A DNA stretch of 64,000 nt, taken from NCBI GenBank assembly GCA_963980225.1, contig CAXBYW010000002.1:103582-167581 (forward strand). Direction: 5' to 3'. The notes beneath the pieces are model-generated. The model searched no databases and was not told where the DNA came from. It saw only the letters and a list, made by a program, of their open reading frames with translations. The position numbers and the translations under genes were made by a program. This document shows positions 10,488-21,253 of this stretch, piece by piece (positions within the stretch are counted from its first letter, which is position 1; every line of letters starts with the position of its first letter). Source of the DNA: an uncultured bacterium. GTDB taxonomy: Bacteria; Patescibacteriota; Microgenomatia; UBA1400; MFAQ01.

Positions 10488-11498
10488 ATGCCTGCCTATT
10501 TTGGATTAGATATTGGAAGTAGTTCTATTAAGATTTTAGAGTTAAAGGGAGATAAGAAAGTGGAGTCTGTGGGGATGGCTGTGAATCCTGTGGGCAGAAG
10601 TGATGTGGATTTACCAGGTGAACAAAGAGCAAAGATATCAGAGGTAATAAAAGGTTTACTAAAGGAGTCTGGGATAAAAACAAGAAGTGTCGTTCTATCT
10701 ATTCCTGAAGCCTTGGTGTTCTCTAGAATTTTGAAGTTACCGATAATGAGTACTCCAGAATTAGCTTCGGCTATAAAGTGGGAACTTGATCAAGTGGTCC
10801 CCTTTCCTCCAAATGAGATTGAGGTTTCTTGGGTGGTGATTGATAAACCTAAGAAAAAAGTTGGCAATGAAAAGATGAAAGTTTTTGTGGTTGCGGTTCC
10901 TAAAAAAGTAATGGAGAGTTATGTAAAATTTTTAACATTAACAGGACTTGAACCAGAAAGAATAGAAAATGAGGTATTGTCCTTAGTAAGAGGTCTTTCT
11001 AGTTTCACTAATGATAATAAAGTGAGTTTGATACTAGATGTGGGAGCTAGTACAACCAAAATGGTGCTAGTAGAAGGAAGTGAGATACACATGAGTCACA
11101 TCGTCCCCTTGGCAGGTATGGCTATGACTAGAATGATCTCTGAGACTTTTAAGATTCCAATCAATCAGGCTGAGGAATACAAGAGAACTTATGGAGTGGA
11201 CAAGCAACAGGTGGAAGGAAAGATATACAATACACTGAATGGCTTGATAGACAGTTTGGTTGTGGAGATCAAAAAAGTAGTGGCAAATTTCTCAAATATG
11301 GAGAAAGACAAAAGAATAGAAAAAATTGTTTTGGTTGGAGGAGGTGCTTTTCTTAAAGGTTTTACTAGTGTTTTGGTGGAAAAAACAGGATTAGATGTTG
11401 TAATTGGTGAGCCTTTTGGGCCAGTTGAAGTGCCTGAAAAAATAAAAGCTTCTGGGGTTTTGTATGCGACCACTCTGGGATTAGCAATTTCTGAGTAA
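10488..11498 (+). CDS. pilM: type IV pilus assembly protein PilM
   Basis: GLDIGSSSIK, LDVGAST, LVGGGA actin-like motifs. Confidence 0.93.
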   Translation: MPAYFGLDIGSSSIKILELKGDKKVESVGMAVNPVGRSDVDLPGEQRAKISEVIKGLLKESGIKTRSVVLSIPEALVFSRILKLPIMSTPELASAIKWELDQVVPFPPNEIEVSWVVIDKPKKKVGNEKMKVFVVAVPKKVMESYVKFLTLTGLEPERIENEVLSLVRGLSSFTNDNKVSLILDVGASTTKMVLVEGSEIHMSHIVPLAGMAMTRMISETFKIPINQAEEYKRTYGVDKQQVEGKIYNTLNGLIDSLVVEIKKVVANFSNMEKDKRIEKIVLVGGGAFLKGFTSVLVEKTGLDVVIGEPFGPVEVPEKIKASGVLYATTLGLAISE

Positions 11499-11500
11499 AG

Positions 11501-12040
11501 ATGGCTAAAATAAATTTACTTAAGCAAGAATGGGTTGGAAAAAGTCAGATCAAGAAATTGAAGATGGCAGCCAGGGTAATTTTGATTTTAACTGTAAGTG
11601 GTTTTTTACTGCAAACCTTTTACATTACAGGTAGATTGGTTTATTTAAGAAATAAGATTAATAACACACAAGATGAGATAAAAACCTTAAATAGTGTGTT
11701 TTCGACTAATAAAAATTTGACAGAAAACTATGTCTGGGCTCAAGGGATGTTAGAGATACTAGAGAGTGAAAGAAACAAGGAATATAAGTACAAGGATTAT
11801 TTAGTAGAAATAAACAGCTGGTTAAATGAAGGAACGTCTTTAGTGGGAGTAAGTTTTACTGAGAGAGATGAAATTACTTTCCTTGTTTATGCTGATGGAA
11901 TAGATGATTATAGAGCTTTTGAGACTAATTTAAACTTAAGACAACTAGATGAAAATTTTGGTTTCACAGTAGTTGAACAAGATTCTTTAAGCAGAATAGA
12001 AGATGGTACTTATAAAGTAAAGATTAAATTAAAAATATGA
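11501..12040 (+). CDS. pilN: PilN-like protein
   Basis: N-terminal INLL motif, TM segment and coiled coil; follows pilM. Confidence 0.75.
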   Translation: MAKINLLKQEWVGKSQIKKLKMAARVILILTVSGFLLQTFYITGRLVYLRNKINNTQDEIKTLNSVFSTNKNLTENYVWAQGMLEILESERNKEYKYKDYLVEINSWLNEGTSLVGVSFTERDEITFLVYADGIDDYRAFETNLNLRQLDENFGFTVVEQDSLSRIEDGTYKVKIKLKI

Positions 12041-12795
12041 CAAAAAAGATTTTTGGGATTTTACTTCCTGAGTGGGTGGATGAAGAAGCATTAAGGAAGT
12101 TGGTGTATAGTTTTTTGGGCTTGGTGGTAGCTATTTTGGTTTCGATATTGTTTGTTTGGCCTAGGTTTGCTGATTTATATAAGGAAGAAAAAGACTTAAA
12201 AAAACTAGAGAACTCCTTGGAAGTTTTATCAGGCTCTGTTGATAGGGTGCAGGAGTTTGAAAATAATTTGGGTGAGGATGAACTATCGATCTTAAGTTTG
12301 GCAGTACCAAAAACTTTTGACCCGGGAATAATACTTTCTTCTTTAAGGCAGATTAGTGCTAGTACAGGAGTAATCATTGAGTCTTATGAATTATCTAAAG
12401 GAGTGGTTGAGATCGATGTAGACAAGAAGATTCAGATAAAGGATGGAATGGTAAACCTAAACAAACATAGGGTTATGTTGAAGTTAGTTGGAAGCTCAGA
12501 TAGATTAATAAGATTTATAGATTTATTAGGTAAAAGCTTACCGGTTTCTATTATTTCTGAACTATCCTTGTCTGAGATTTCAAAGTTATTTACGATACAA
12601 GGATTGAGTCAACTTGAAATGGAGATAACTTATTTTGAATCAGATTTAGCTGAAGTATCTTTGGACAAGGTGGTTGGTTTTACCGATAAAAATGAACAGT
12701 TATTAGGTGAGATATTGCTTTATTCAAAACCTAACATCACTGAAAATAACTTGGGCGGTCAGACCGGAAGGCAGGGAAGTTTGTTTGGGCTTTAA
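12037..12795 (+). CDS. PilO-like protein
   Basis: single TM plus coiled coil; position after pilN. Confidence 0.65.
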   Translation: MTKKIFGILLPEWVDEEALRKLVYSFLGLVVAILVSILFVWPRFADLYKEEKDLKKLENSLEVLSGSVDRVQEFENNLGEDELSILSLAVPKTFDPGIILSSLRQISASTGVIIESYELSKGVVEIDVDKKIQIKDGMVNLNKHRVMLKLVGSSDRLIRFIDLLGKSLPVSIISELSLSEISKLFTIQGLSQLEMEITYFESDLAEVSLDKVVGFTDKNEQLLGEILLYSKPNITENNLGGQTGRQGSLFGL

Positions 12796-13187
12796 GCTTC
12801 AGGTTTCTCTTCTAAGGTTGGTGCTTCAACCATAGGTTCATCAGCTTTGACTTCTTCTTTCACTTCTTCTTTGGTTTCAACGACGGGTTCGTCGACTTGA
12901 GGTTGATCTTCCATAGTTGGTTCCTCTTGAGAAGGCTTTGGTTGACCATCATCTTTTAAATCTACCCTGACTCTAATCCCCTTTTGGATAGCAGCAATCC
13001 TAACAATCTGCCTGATGGCGTTAATTACTTTACCAGATCTACCAATGACTCTACCAACGTCTTCTGGATTGACCTCAATGGTAATGTTACTTAACTCCTC
13101 TTCCCCGGAGGTCTTGGTTTCTTCTATGATTACATCTTCTGGATGATTAACTAGGTTGGAAACTATGTATTCTACAAGTTGTTTCAT
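12792..13187 (-). CDS. khpA: KH-domain RNA-binding protein with acidic tail
   Basis: DVGRVIGRSGKVINAIR KH motif; downstream of rpsP. Confidence 0.88.
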   Translation of the reverse strand: MKQLVEYIVSNLVNHPEDVIIEETKTSGEEELSNITIEVNPEDVGRVIGRSGKVINAIRQIVRIAAIQKGIRVRVDLKDDGQPKPSQEEPTMEDQPQVDEPVVETKEEVKEEVKADEPMVEAPTLEEKPEA

Positions 13188-13438
13188 AATGTTTTTTTTG
13201 TGATTGTTAATGTTTTGTTAACTAGTTGTCTGATGGTGTCTGTTGGTTGAGCACCTTTTTTAATCCAAGCTTCATAAAGAGGCTTGTCCAGAGTAATTTC
13301 GTTTTTAGGGTCTCTAGGGTTGTAATGGCCTAGTAGATCTATGTACCTACCAGTTAGCTTGGATCTGTCTCTTGCCACCACAATTCTAAATAATCTTTGG
13401 TTTCTTTTACCGGTTGGTTGTAGCTTAATTTTTAGCAT
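13184..13438 (-). CDS. rpsP: 30S ribosomal protein S16
   Basis: MLKIKL...FRIVVA...LGHYNP...GAQPTDT. Confidence 0.95.
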   Translation of the reverse strand: MLKIKLQPTGKRNQRLFRIVVARDRSKLTGRYIDLLGHYNPRDPKNEITLDKPLYEAWIKKGAQPTDTIRQLVNKTLTITKKTL

Positions 13439-13446
13439 GATGGTGA

Positions 13447-14130
13447 TTATATCAGTTTTAGAGCCTGTTGTGCAGCTAATTGCTCGGCCTCTTGTTTGTT
13501 TTTACCCTTTCCCAGAGATATTTTTTTAGCACCAATGAAAACAGCAACGGTGAATTCTTTTTGGTGGTCTGGCCCCTTCTCCTTGATGATTTTGTAGGAT
13601 GGAGAGCTCATCTTCTGAGATTGGACCTTTTCTTGGAGTAGAGACTTGGAGTCTTTTAACTCACCTTTTTTAAGTAGTTCTTGGGCGTGAGGGATGACAT
13701 AGTTTTGAAAGAATTTTTTTGCTGCCTCAAATCCTCCGTCTAGGTAGATGGCGCCCATTAAACTTTCTACGGAATCTTCTAAAATAGAAGGGTTTTCTTT
13801 GCCTCCACCAACTTCTTCTCCCTTGCTCATATATATATGCTTGGGGAGACCTAGTTTAATAGCTAAGGCAGATAAAGATTTGGTTCTAACGACTACGGAC
13901 CTAGCGGTCGTCAGGTAGCCCTCGTCACCCTCTTCATAAGTATGGAAAAGATAGTCGGTGATGAGCATTTCTAAAATAGCATCACCTAGGTACTCTAGCC
14001 TCTCGTAGCTTTGAGTTATACCAGTTTCATTGAGAGCTGACCTGTGGGTAAGGGCCTTTTGCAGTAAGGTAATGTCTTTGAAGTTGTAGTTAATTTTTTT
14101 TTGGAGCTGGTCTAGTTGAAAGAATTTCAT
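13447..14130 (-). CDS. rnc: ribonuclease III
   Basis: ALTHRS, ERLEYLGDA, dsRBD with GPDH. Confidence 0.96.
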   Translation of the reverse strand: MKFFQLDQLQKKINYNFKDITLLQKALTHRSALNETGITQSYERLEYLGDAILEMLITDYLFHTYEEGDEGYLTTARSVVVRTKSLSALAIKLGLPKHIYMSKGEEVGGGKENPSILEDSVESLMGAIYLDGGFEAAKKFFQNYVIPHAQELLKKGELKDSKSLLQEKVQSQKMSSPSYKIIKEKGPDHQKEFTVAVFIGAKKISLGKGKNKQEAEQLAAQQALKLI

Positions 14131-14504
14131 TTTTCTGGTTTTATGTCTCGCTTAGTGAGTTTTAAGGCGGAAGCTAGGGCTCCGTTGATAAAACTGCCTG
14201 AGCTGACGCTGCCATATCTTTTGGCAATTTCTATAGCTTCATCGATAATAACTTTTGTTGGTGTGTCTGGTTCGTAGAGTAGTTCATAAACAGCTAGTCT
14301 TAAAATAGCGATGTCAGTTTTGTTTATTTGTTCTAAGGGCCATTCTGTAGCCGATTTTTTAATTATCTTGTCGAGTTCTTCTTGTTTCTCTTCTACCTTG
14401 TTACTTAAATCATTGAAATGACCTTGATCAGTGAAACTTCTGGCAAAGAGAGATTTAAATGTCTTTATCCTACGCAAGTGCCTAGGATCTTGGGCAGTTT
14501 TCAT
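14127..14504 (-). CDS. nusB: transcription antitermination factor NusB
   Basis: DIAILRLAVYEL, IDEAIEIAKRYG, FINGAL. Confidence 0.94.
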   Translation of the reverse strand: MKTAQDPRHLRRIKTFKSLFARSFTDQGHFNDLSNKVEEKQEELDKIIKKSATEWPLEQINKTDIAILRLAVYELLYEPDTPTKVIIDEAIEIAKRYGSVSSGSFINGALASALKLTKRDIKPEK

Positions 14505-14508
14505 TGTT

Positions 14509-14652
14509 TTAGCAGTGTTCGCAAGTAAAATGCGATCTTTTTAGTTTCTTGCATTTAGGACAAGAGATAAGTTTTGGTTTTTTTAGAACTATTTGGCTAC
14601 GTCTTTTACCTTGACGAGCGGTAGAGTGTTTTCTTTTTGGTGTTGCTGCCAT
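14509..14652 (-). CDS. rpmF: 50S ribosomal protein L32 (not in ORF track)
   Basis: hand translation MAATPKRKHSTARQGKRRSQIVLKKPKLISCPKCKKLKRSHFTCEHC. Confidence 0.93.
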   Translation of the reverse strand: MAATPKRKHSTARQGKRRSQIVLKKPKLISCPKCKKLKRSHFTCEHC

Positions 14653-14665
14653 GGGTGATATTTTA

Positions 14666-16594
14666 TCAGCTTAGCTTACGAGAGACAATAGCCTGTGATT
14701 TAGCCGTCTGGAAGAGGTCTTTGTTCCAGAAATATTTTAATCGTACTGGGAGACGACCGTGTTGTTTTTTACCAAACATCTCCCCTGCTCCACGAAGTTT
14801 GAGATCTAGTTTGGCCAATTTTAATCCAGAAGAATGTTTTGAGAGTAACTGAAGCCGATCGATACCTGTTTGTTCGGTTTGAGAAGGAATTACTAGGCAG
14901 TAAGACTGTTCTTGTCCCCTACCTACCCGACCACGAAGTTGATGAAGTTGGGCAAGTCCAAACCTATCAGCAGAGTGAATAATGATAATGTTAGCCTTAG
15001 GAATGTCTATACCTACCTCTATTAAAGGAGTGGCTACCAAAATACCAGCTTTTACCTTTCCGAACTCTTTTAGTATCTTGTCTCTTTCATCTGGTGGAGT
15101 TTTGCCGTGTAGTGACCAGATAGGATAGTCTTTGCCAAAGTCTCTTTGGTATTGAGGCAGGGTGTCTTTTATGGATGCAGCCGTTTTTGATTCTATGTTG
15201 GGACAGACTACGAAGGCTTTATTACCCTTCTTTAATTGGCCAGCTAACCAATCTCTACCTTTTTTCAGTCTTTTTTTGTCCATAACCCAGGTTTTTACGG
15301 GTTTTCTATTTTTTGGTTTCTCTTTGATGGTGCTTATTTCGAGTTCTCCAAAAAGTCCTAAAGCTACGGTTCGGGGAATGGGGGTGGCACTCAAGTTTAT
15401 GATGTGAGGAGATGGTTTTCGTTCTAACAAGGCTTGTCTTTGTTTGACGCCAAATTTATGTTGCTCATCTATGGCTAGGATAGCTGGAGGGTTTTTTAAG
15501 GTTGTTGGTAGCTGTTCGATCAAGGCGTGGGTGCCAATGTATATATTAGGTTTGGTGGTGTTTTTGAACTTGTTGTTACCAGTAACCAAACTGATATTTT
15601 TGGGAAAGAGAGACATTTTTTTAAAGGTCTCTTGGTGTTGTTTAGCTAAAATTTGGGTAGGAGCTAGTAAGACAAATGAGAAACCGGAGTGAATACACTG
15701 GTTAGCTAGAAGAATGAGGGCGGCCGTTTTACCTGAACCCGTATCTCCGTGAATTAATCTTCTGCTGGGAGTAGTTGAGTTAACATCTTTGTAAGAATCT
15801 TTTAGAGCTTGTTGTTGGCCCTTGGTGAGTTTGAAAGGGAGTTTTTTTAAGCCTGAGATATGAACTTTTTGATCGATTGATAGCTTAATGGCTGGAGGTC
15901 TTTTGGATTGTTCCTTTAGGTTTTTTAAGTTAATCTTTAAGTGTTGATTGAAAGCTAGGCGTTTATCAGCTAAGTCTTGGTTTTTAAGGTTGAGAGGGAA
16001 ATGAATGTTTTGAATAGCTTGTTGGTTGGTGGGTAAGTTTAGTTTTTTCAAAGTATCTAAAGGAAGGGTTTCTTTTAACTTCGTTTTATCTAAAACTGAG
16101 CGAATCCTTCCCCTGAGCCATTTACTAGAAACTCCCTTGGTAAGTGGATAAATAGGAACAAAACCTTGGGTGTGAAGATTGCCCTTGTCGGTGAATAACT
16201 CGATTTGGGGGGCAAAGATAGCCAGTTTTTTAGCGTAGAAGGAGGGTGCTCCAGCGATAATGTAGGTTGCATTTGGTTTGATTAGAGAGCCTATGAAGCG
16301 TGAATTAAACCAGACGAGATTAATTTGGCCTGTTTTGTCGGTAGCTGTTGCTTGGGTGATGTGTTTGCCTGATTTGCTATAGAATGTGTTTGTTCGGCCG
16401 ATCTGGGCCTTGAAGCTAGCTGATATCTTGGGTTTTAGTTGGTTAATCGGAAGAGTGACGGAAAAGTCCAAGAAACGACTAGGAAAGTGATTCAAAAGAT
16501 CTTTTAGGGTGAATATACCTAAATTTTCAAGGCGTTTTTCGTAAGCTGGTCCGATTCCTGGTAATGTTGATATTTTTTTAGAGGACATAAGCAA
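14666..16594 (-). CDS. recG: ATP-dependent DNA helicase RecG
   Basis: GDTGSGKT, DEQHKFGV, SATPIPRT, QLHQLRGRVGRG, DLKLRGAGE. Confidence 0.96.
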   Translation of the reverse strand: MLMSSKKISTLPGIGPAYEKRLENLGIFTLKDLLNHFPSRFLDFSVTLPINQLKPKISASFKAQIGRTNTFYSKSGKHITQATATDKTGQINLVWFNSRFIGSLIKPNATYIIAGAPSFYAKKLAIFAPQIELFTDKGNLHTQGFVPIYPLTKGVSSKWLRGRIRSVLDKTKLKETLPLDTLKKLNLPTNQQAIQNIHFPLNLKNQDLADKRLAFNQHLKINLKNLKEQSKRPPAIKLSIDQKVHISGLKKLPFKLTKGQQQALKDSYKDVNSTTPSRRLIHGDTGSGKTAALILLANQCIHSGFSFVLLAPTQILAKQHQETFKKMSLFPKNISLVTGNNKFKNTTKPNIYIGTHALIEQLPTTLKNPPAILAIDEQHKFGVKQRQALLERKPSPHIINLSATPIPRTVALGLFGELEISTIKEKPKNRKPVKTWVMDKKRLKKGRDWLAGQLKKGNKAFVVCPNIESKTAASIKDTLPQYQRDFGKDYPIWSLHGKTPPDERDKILKEFGKVKAGILVATPLIEVGIDIPKANIIIIHSADRFGLAQLHQLRGRVGRGQEQSYCLVIPSQTEQTGIDRLQLLSKHSSGLKLAKLDLKLRGAGEMFGKKQHGRLPVRLKYFWNKDLFQTAKSQAIVSRKLS

Positions 16595-16679
16595 GGGGCG
16601 CGAAAATGCTTAAGATCATCGAAATAACGACGATGACGATGAAAGCTTGTAAAAGTTTTTTCTTGTTCCTTTTGGTCAT
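16578..16679 (-). CDS. small membrane protein (33 aa, not in ORF track)
   Basis: MTKRNKKKLLQAFIVIVVISMILSIFAPLAYVL; basic N-terminus plus one TM; overlaps the recG start. Confidence 0.5.
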   Translation of the reverse strand: MTKRNKKKLLQAFIVIVVISMILSIFAPLAYVL

Positions 16680-16702
16680 GAATTTTATTATACTAAGTAA
16701 AG

Positions 16703-19258
16703 ATGTATAGAAGAAGGAGATATGGGAAAAAATTCAAACTGAAACTTAATATCGACTTGAAGAAGTTGAATTGGGGGAAAGTTTTTTTTGTTGGAAGTAT
16801 TTCAATGGTTGTCTTGATGATAGGCGTGTTCTTTTGGTACTCCAGAGATTTACCAGATCCAGGAGAGGTTTTGAGAAAGACCGGTTTTTCTTCTGTGATT
16901 TTAGATAGAAAAGGAGAAGAAGTTCTGTTTGATGTATATACAGATGAGAATAGAAAGTTCACGCCACTAGAAGAGATACCAGACTACTTGAAGCAAGCTA
17001 CTATTGCGGTTGAAGATAAAGACTTTTACAATCATCAGGGTTTTGATCTCTTTGGCATGTTAAGAGGTGTGAGTAGGTTTTTTACTAGAGGAAGAGCTCA
17101 GGGTGGTTCTACTTTGACACAGCAGTTAGTGAAGAATGTACTTTTAACCACAGAAAGAAGGGTTAGTAGAAAAGTAAGAGAGTTTGTTTTGTCGGTAAGG
17201 ATTGAGAGCAGATTTGATAAAGACGAGATACTACAGATGTATCTAAATGAAGCTCCTTATGGAGGTACGGCCTGGGGAGTAGCAGCAGCTAGTGAGATGT
17301 ACTATGGTAAGGAAGTGGTTGATCTTAATTTGGCTGAGAGTGTGATACTGGCGGGTTTACCACAAGCACCCACCAAGTATTCTCCTTACAACTCTGATGG
17401 GTATCTAGATAGAGCAAAACAGGTAGCTAGAAGAATGAAAGAAGATGGGTATATAGATGATGAAACTGAAGAGGAATTAATAAAGAGTCTGGAGAGCGTT
17501 GAGTTTAGGCCGGCTGGGGCAAGCATCAAAGCACCTCACTTCGTAATGGAAGTTAGGTCTTTACTTGAGGATATGCTTGGTCCACAGATACTAGAAAGAG
17601 GTGGTTTAAAAGTAACCACGACTCTGGACTGGGACTTACAGGAAAAAGCTCAGGATATTGTAGCTAAAGAGATAGACAAGGTGTCGGAAACACTAGACAT
17701 CTCAAATGGCGCCTCCATCATGATTGATGTTAATTCAGGAGATGTTCTATCTATGGTGGGTTCAAAAAATTTCTTTGACGAAGATATTGATGGCGAAGTG
17801 AATGTGGTTACCAGATTGAGACAGCCAGGATCGTCTATAAAGCCGGTGGTTTATGCAACGGCTCTCTCTAAAGGATTTACTCCAGCTAGTGTGCTGGTAG
17901 ACGTAGAGACAGAGTTCCCAGGTAAAGATGAGGCTACACCGTATATACCTAAAAACTATGATGGTGAGGAACATGGCCCCTTACACTTAAGAGATGCTTT
18001 AGCCAGTTCTATTAATGTTCCAGCTGTGAAACTTCTGGCTTTGGTAGGAGTTAAGGACGTTTTGAGTCAGGCGTATAAAATGGGAATGAATAGTTTGGAA
18101 GCAACCCAGGCGAATTTAAGTAGGTTAGGTTTGTCTATGGCTTTGGGAGGCGGAGAAGTTGAGCTTATGGAGTTATCAGCTGCTTACGGAGCATTTGCTA
18201 ACGGTGGTTTTAAGGTAGAGCCTGGATTTATCTTAAAGGTGGAAGATGCGGATGGTGAGGTGTTGTTTGAGAAAAAAGAGGTAAGCAGATCTAGAGTTAT
18301 TGATGAAAAAATTGCTTTCCTGATGAATTCTATTCTGTCTGATAACCAAGCCAGGTTAATTACTTTTGGAGAAAATTCATATCTTAATTTAGGAAGCAGA
18401 AGTGTGGCGGTTAAGACTGGCACGACCAATGATTTAAGAGATAACTGGACGGTGGGTTGGACGAGCGACGTGGTGGTGGGTGTATGGGTAGGAAACAATG
18501 ATAATTCACCGATGAAAAATGTTGCAAGCGGTGTCTCTGGAGCGGCTCCTATCTGGCGAAAACAGATGCTTGAAGTTCTCTCTTCATACCCTGACAAGCC
18601 TTTTAACATCCCTGGAGGAGTGATTCAGGTAGAAGTAGATAGAGTTTCAGGATATCCAGCCCATGATGGCTTTGCAAGTTATAAAGAATGGGTAATTGAG
18701 GGTACTTTGCCTATAGGTGAGGACACAATACATCAACAGGTGAAAGTGTGTAAGAACGACGGCACTAGATTGGCTAATCCAGTTCAAGTAGCGCAAGGAA
18801 ACTTTGATGGCAAAGAGTTTATTGTCTTAAAGGAAAGTGACCCGTTAACAAATAAGAATTTGTGGCAGATCGGGATTGATGCTTGGGTCGCCAAACAAGG
18901 TGATGATAAATATAGAGCACCAACTGAGTACTGTGAATCTGCTAGTGGATTGGATGTCCAGATAATTAGTCCTAAAGACAGATCTAGGGTGAATACTAAC
19001 ACGGTTCAGTTTAGGTTTGAAATAACCAGCGAAAAAGAAATTGAGCAAGCCAAGCTTTATGTAGATGATGTGTTAGAAGAGACTTTTACTAGTTTACCCT
19101 ACACCAAAGAAATTAATCTTGGAGATGGTCAACATAAAGTAAGAGTGGTGGCTAAAGACAAGGGTGGTAAAGAAAGTGACAGAACACACGAGTTTGGAGT
19201 AAATGAAGACTGGAATAGTGCACCGTCCCCTACCCCAACACCAAGTATTACACCTTAA
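16703..19258 (+). CDS. class A penicillin-binding protein (PBP1A family) with C-terminal Ig-like domain
   Basis: EDKDFY, GGSTLTQQLVKN (GT51); SSIK, SIN, KTG transpeptidase motifs. Confidence 0.95.
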   Translation: MYRRRRYGKKFKLKLNIDLKKLNWGKVFFVGSISMVVLMIGVFFWYSRDLPDPGEVLRKTGFSSVILDRKGEEVLFDVYTDENRKFTPLEEIPDYLKQATIAVEDKDFYNHQGFDLFGMLRGVSRFFTRGRAQGGSTLTQQLVKNVLLTTERRVSRKVREFVLSVRIESRFDKDEILQMYLNEAPYGGTAWGVAAASEMYYGKEVVDLNLAESVILAGLPQAPTKYSPYNSDGYLDRAKQVARRMKEDGYIDDETEEELIKSLESVEFRPAGASIKAPHFVMEVRSLLEDMLGPQILERGGLKVTTTLDWDLQEKAQDIVAKEIDKVSETLDISNGASIMIDVNSGDVLSMVGSKNFFDEDIDGEVNVVTRLRQPGSSIKPVVYATALSKGFTPASVLVDVETEFPGKDEATPYIPKNYDGEEHGPLHLRDALASSINVPAVKLLALVGVKDVLSQAYKMGMNSLEATQANLSRLGLSMALGGGEVELMELSAAYGAFANGGFKVEPGFILKVEDADGEVLFEKKEVSRSRVIDEKIAFLMNSILSDNQARLITFGENSYLNLGSRSVAVKTGTTNDLRDNWTVGWTSDVVVGVWVGNNDNSPMKNVASGVSGAAPIWRKQMLEVLSSYPDKPFNIPGGVIQVEVDRVSGYPAHDGFASYKEWVIEGTLPIGEDTIHQQVKVCKNDGTRLANPVQVAQGNFDGKEFIVLKESDPLTNKNLWQIGIDAWVAKQGDDKYRAPTEYCESASGLDVQIISPKDRSRVNTNTVQFRFEITSEKEIEQAKLYVDDVLEETFTSLPYTKEINLGDGQHKVRVVAKDKGGKESDRTHEFGVNEDWNSAPSPTPTPSITP

Positions 19259-21249
19259 GAGACTTTTAAGATTTTTCCTTTAATTTGATTCACCTTTGCT
19301 TGCGTTAAGCTTTTTTTGGGATGACTGAAGTGAAGTTTGAACGTGTGTTTGTTGTTATAGCTTTCCTGATATATGACTTTGGTAATTAACGGACTTGTTT
19401 TTTTAATTTTTTCTATCAACTTTCCTATCTTCATGTTAGAGGAAATAGTAATGACTTCTATTACTGGAGGATATTTAGGTAATGGTTGACCAAAGTGGAT
19501 CAGGCTTTCTAGTTTTGAGATCGTGGAAACGCTTAAGTTTGTTACAAAGATAGGGGCTGTCAATTGAAAGTTACTTAAGACTTGAGGAGTTGGTTTACCA
19601 ATTACACCAAGATACTCACTACCAGAGTAAACATGTGCGCTGGAACTAATGTCCCAAGTAAGAGATTCTTCATGGAAATGTTTAAATTTAAGATCTTTTA
19701 TGTTTAGATCCTGAAGAAGTGATTCAACAAACCCCTTGTGTTCTCTGAAAGTTTTTTGATCTGTTGCCATAACAAGAACAGAAGCTTCTTCTGGTAGGTC
19801 TCGCTTTCCCCTAGGTAGGTAGATATTTGAAAGTTCAAAGATGGAGATAGGTTCTTTTTGGTGGGCTTGATTGCCCTTGATGTTTTCTAAGATACTAGGA
19901 ACAAGACTTCGTCTTAAGTATTCTTGGTCACTACTCAAAGGGTTTTCAAGTTTTAAAGCAGGATTTATATCAAGTTTGGTTTTCTTAAATAATTTTTCTG
20001 AGACTAGAGAAGAGTTATATATCTCAGTGAAAGATAAATGCAAGAGCTTATGCTTTAGCCTTTTTTCTGTCTCTAGAATTTTTTCTGATTGAGTGTCTTC
20101 AAGTACGCTAGTGGGTAGGACAGAAGGTAGGCGAAAGTAGCCATAAATTCTAGTAATTTCTTCAGCCAAGTCCTCTTTAATTAAGATATCCTTGCTGCGC
20201 CAGCTAGGTACTTTACAGATAACTTTGTTTGGGGTTGTTTGTTTGACGTTGAAACCTAGATTAGTGAGGATGCTGAAAACTTGTTGTTTTTTTAAGGTTA
20301 TGCCGGTAAATTGATTGAGCCACTTAAGTGAAAGATCGATAGAATGAGCCTTGAAGGTTTCAGGATAGATATCTAGTAAGCTGCTAGATATTACCCCAAA
20401 AGCTCTTTCTTTGATTAAGTTAACCCCTGCTATTAATACGGGTAAAACTAGTTCTATGTTTGGTGATTTCTCGAATATTTGACTAGCTAAGGTTCTTTGT
20501 TGGGTGTATAGTGAGGTTCTTCTAATATGTTTGGGCTCGTAATTTTGGACAAAAAGTAAGACGTTTTTGGTGTTTTTATCTATATGACTTAGTCCCCCAC
20601 CCATGATGCCACAGAGATCAATTAAATTACCTTGCCCATCTTCTATTACGATGTCATCCCCTTTTAGGGTGAGAGTTTTATTATCTAACGTGAGGATTTT
20701 TTCCTTAGGTCTACTTGCCCTAATGATCATGGTTTGGTCCTTTATCTTGTCAAGGTCAAAAACATGGACTGGTTGGCCGTACTTTAAAGCAAGTTCATTA
20801 GAGATATCTATGATGTTGTTTAAAGGTCTAAGTCCAGAACCCTTAAGAATTTTTTGGACGCTTTTAGGAGAAGGCTGGATGACCACATCTTTGAGTGCGA
20901 TGCAGGTAAATCTTGGGACTAGGTCTTTGTTTTTAATAATTAGTTTTATGGGAAGGTTTTTTGGTAGTGGTCCAAGTGATTTTTTATCTAAATCGTAAGG
21001 ATTATTTAAAAGCTTCGCCTTTATATCAAACTGAGGTAGTATGCTGACGGCTTCTCTGGCAATACCAAAGGCGGAGACGGAGTCTATTCTGTTGGTTATT
21101 ATCTCTATGTCGTAGATGGTGTCTCCTTGGGTTTTATGAAGTCTGTCCACTGTTGGTCCACAGAGGCTTAAGGCGTTAGCGATCTTTTTTGGTGTGGCTT
21201 TGGTCTCTAAGAATTCAGATAGAAGTTTGTGGCTTAGTTTGATGTCCAT
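19255..21249 (-). CDS. pheT: phenylalanine-tRNA ligase beta subunit (reduced)
   Basis: DIEIITNRID, VPSWRSKDILIKEDLAEEI, LENPLS...LRRSL. Confidence 0.93.
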   Translation of the reverse strand: MDIKLSHKLLSEFLETKATPKKIANALSLCGPTVDRLHKTQGDTIYDIEIITNRIDSVSAFGIAREAVSILPQFDIKAKLLNNPYDLDKKSLGPLPKNLPIKLIIKNKDLVPRFTCIALKDVVIQPSPKSVQKILKGSGLRPLNNIIDISNELALKYGQPVHVFDLDKIKDQTMIIRASRPKEKILTLDNKTLTLKGDDIVIEDGQGNLIDLCGIMGGGLSHIDKNTKNVLLFVQNYEPKHIRRTSLYTQQRTLASQIFEKSPNIELVLPVLIAGVNLIKERAFGVISSSLLDIYPETFKAHSIDLSLKWLNQFTGITLKKQQVFSILTNLGFNVKQTTPNKVICKVPSWRSKDILIKEDLAEEITRIYGYFRLPSVLPTSVLEDTQSEKILETEKRLKHKLLHLSFTEIYNSSLVSEKLFKKTKLDINPALKLENPLSSDQEYLRRSLVPSILENIKGNQAHQKEPISIFELSNIYLPRGKRDLPEEASVLVMATDQKTFREHKGFVESLLQDLNIKDLKFKHFHEESLTWDISSSAHVYSGSEYLGVIGKPTPQVLSNFQLTAPIFVTNLSVSTISKLESLIHFGQPLPKYPPVIEVITISSNMKIGKLIEKIKKTSPLITKVIYQESYNNKHTFKLHFSHPKKSLTQAKVNQIKGKILKVS

Positions 21250-21253
21250 AAGA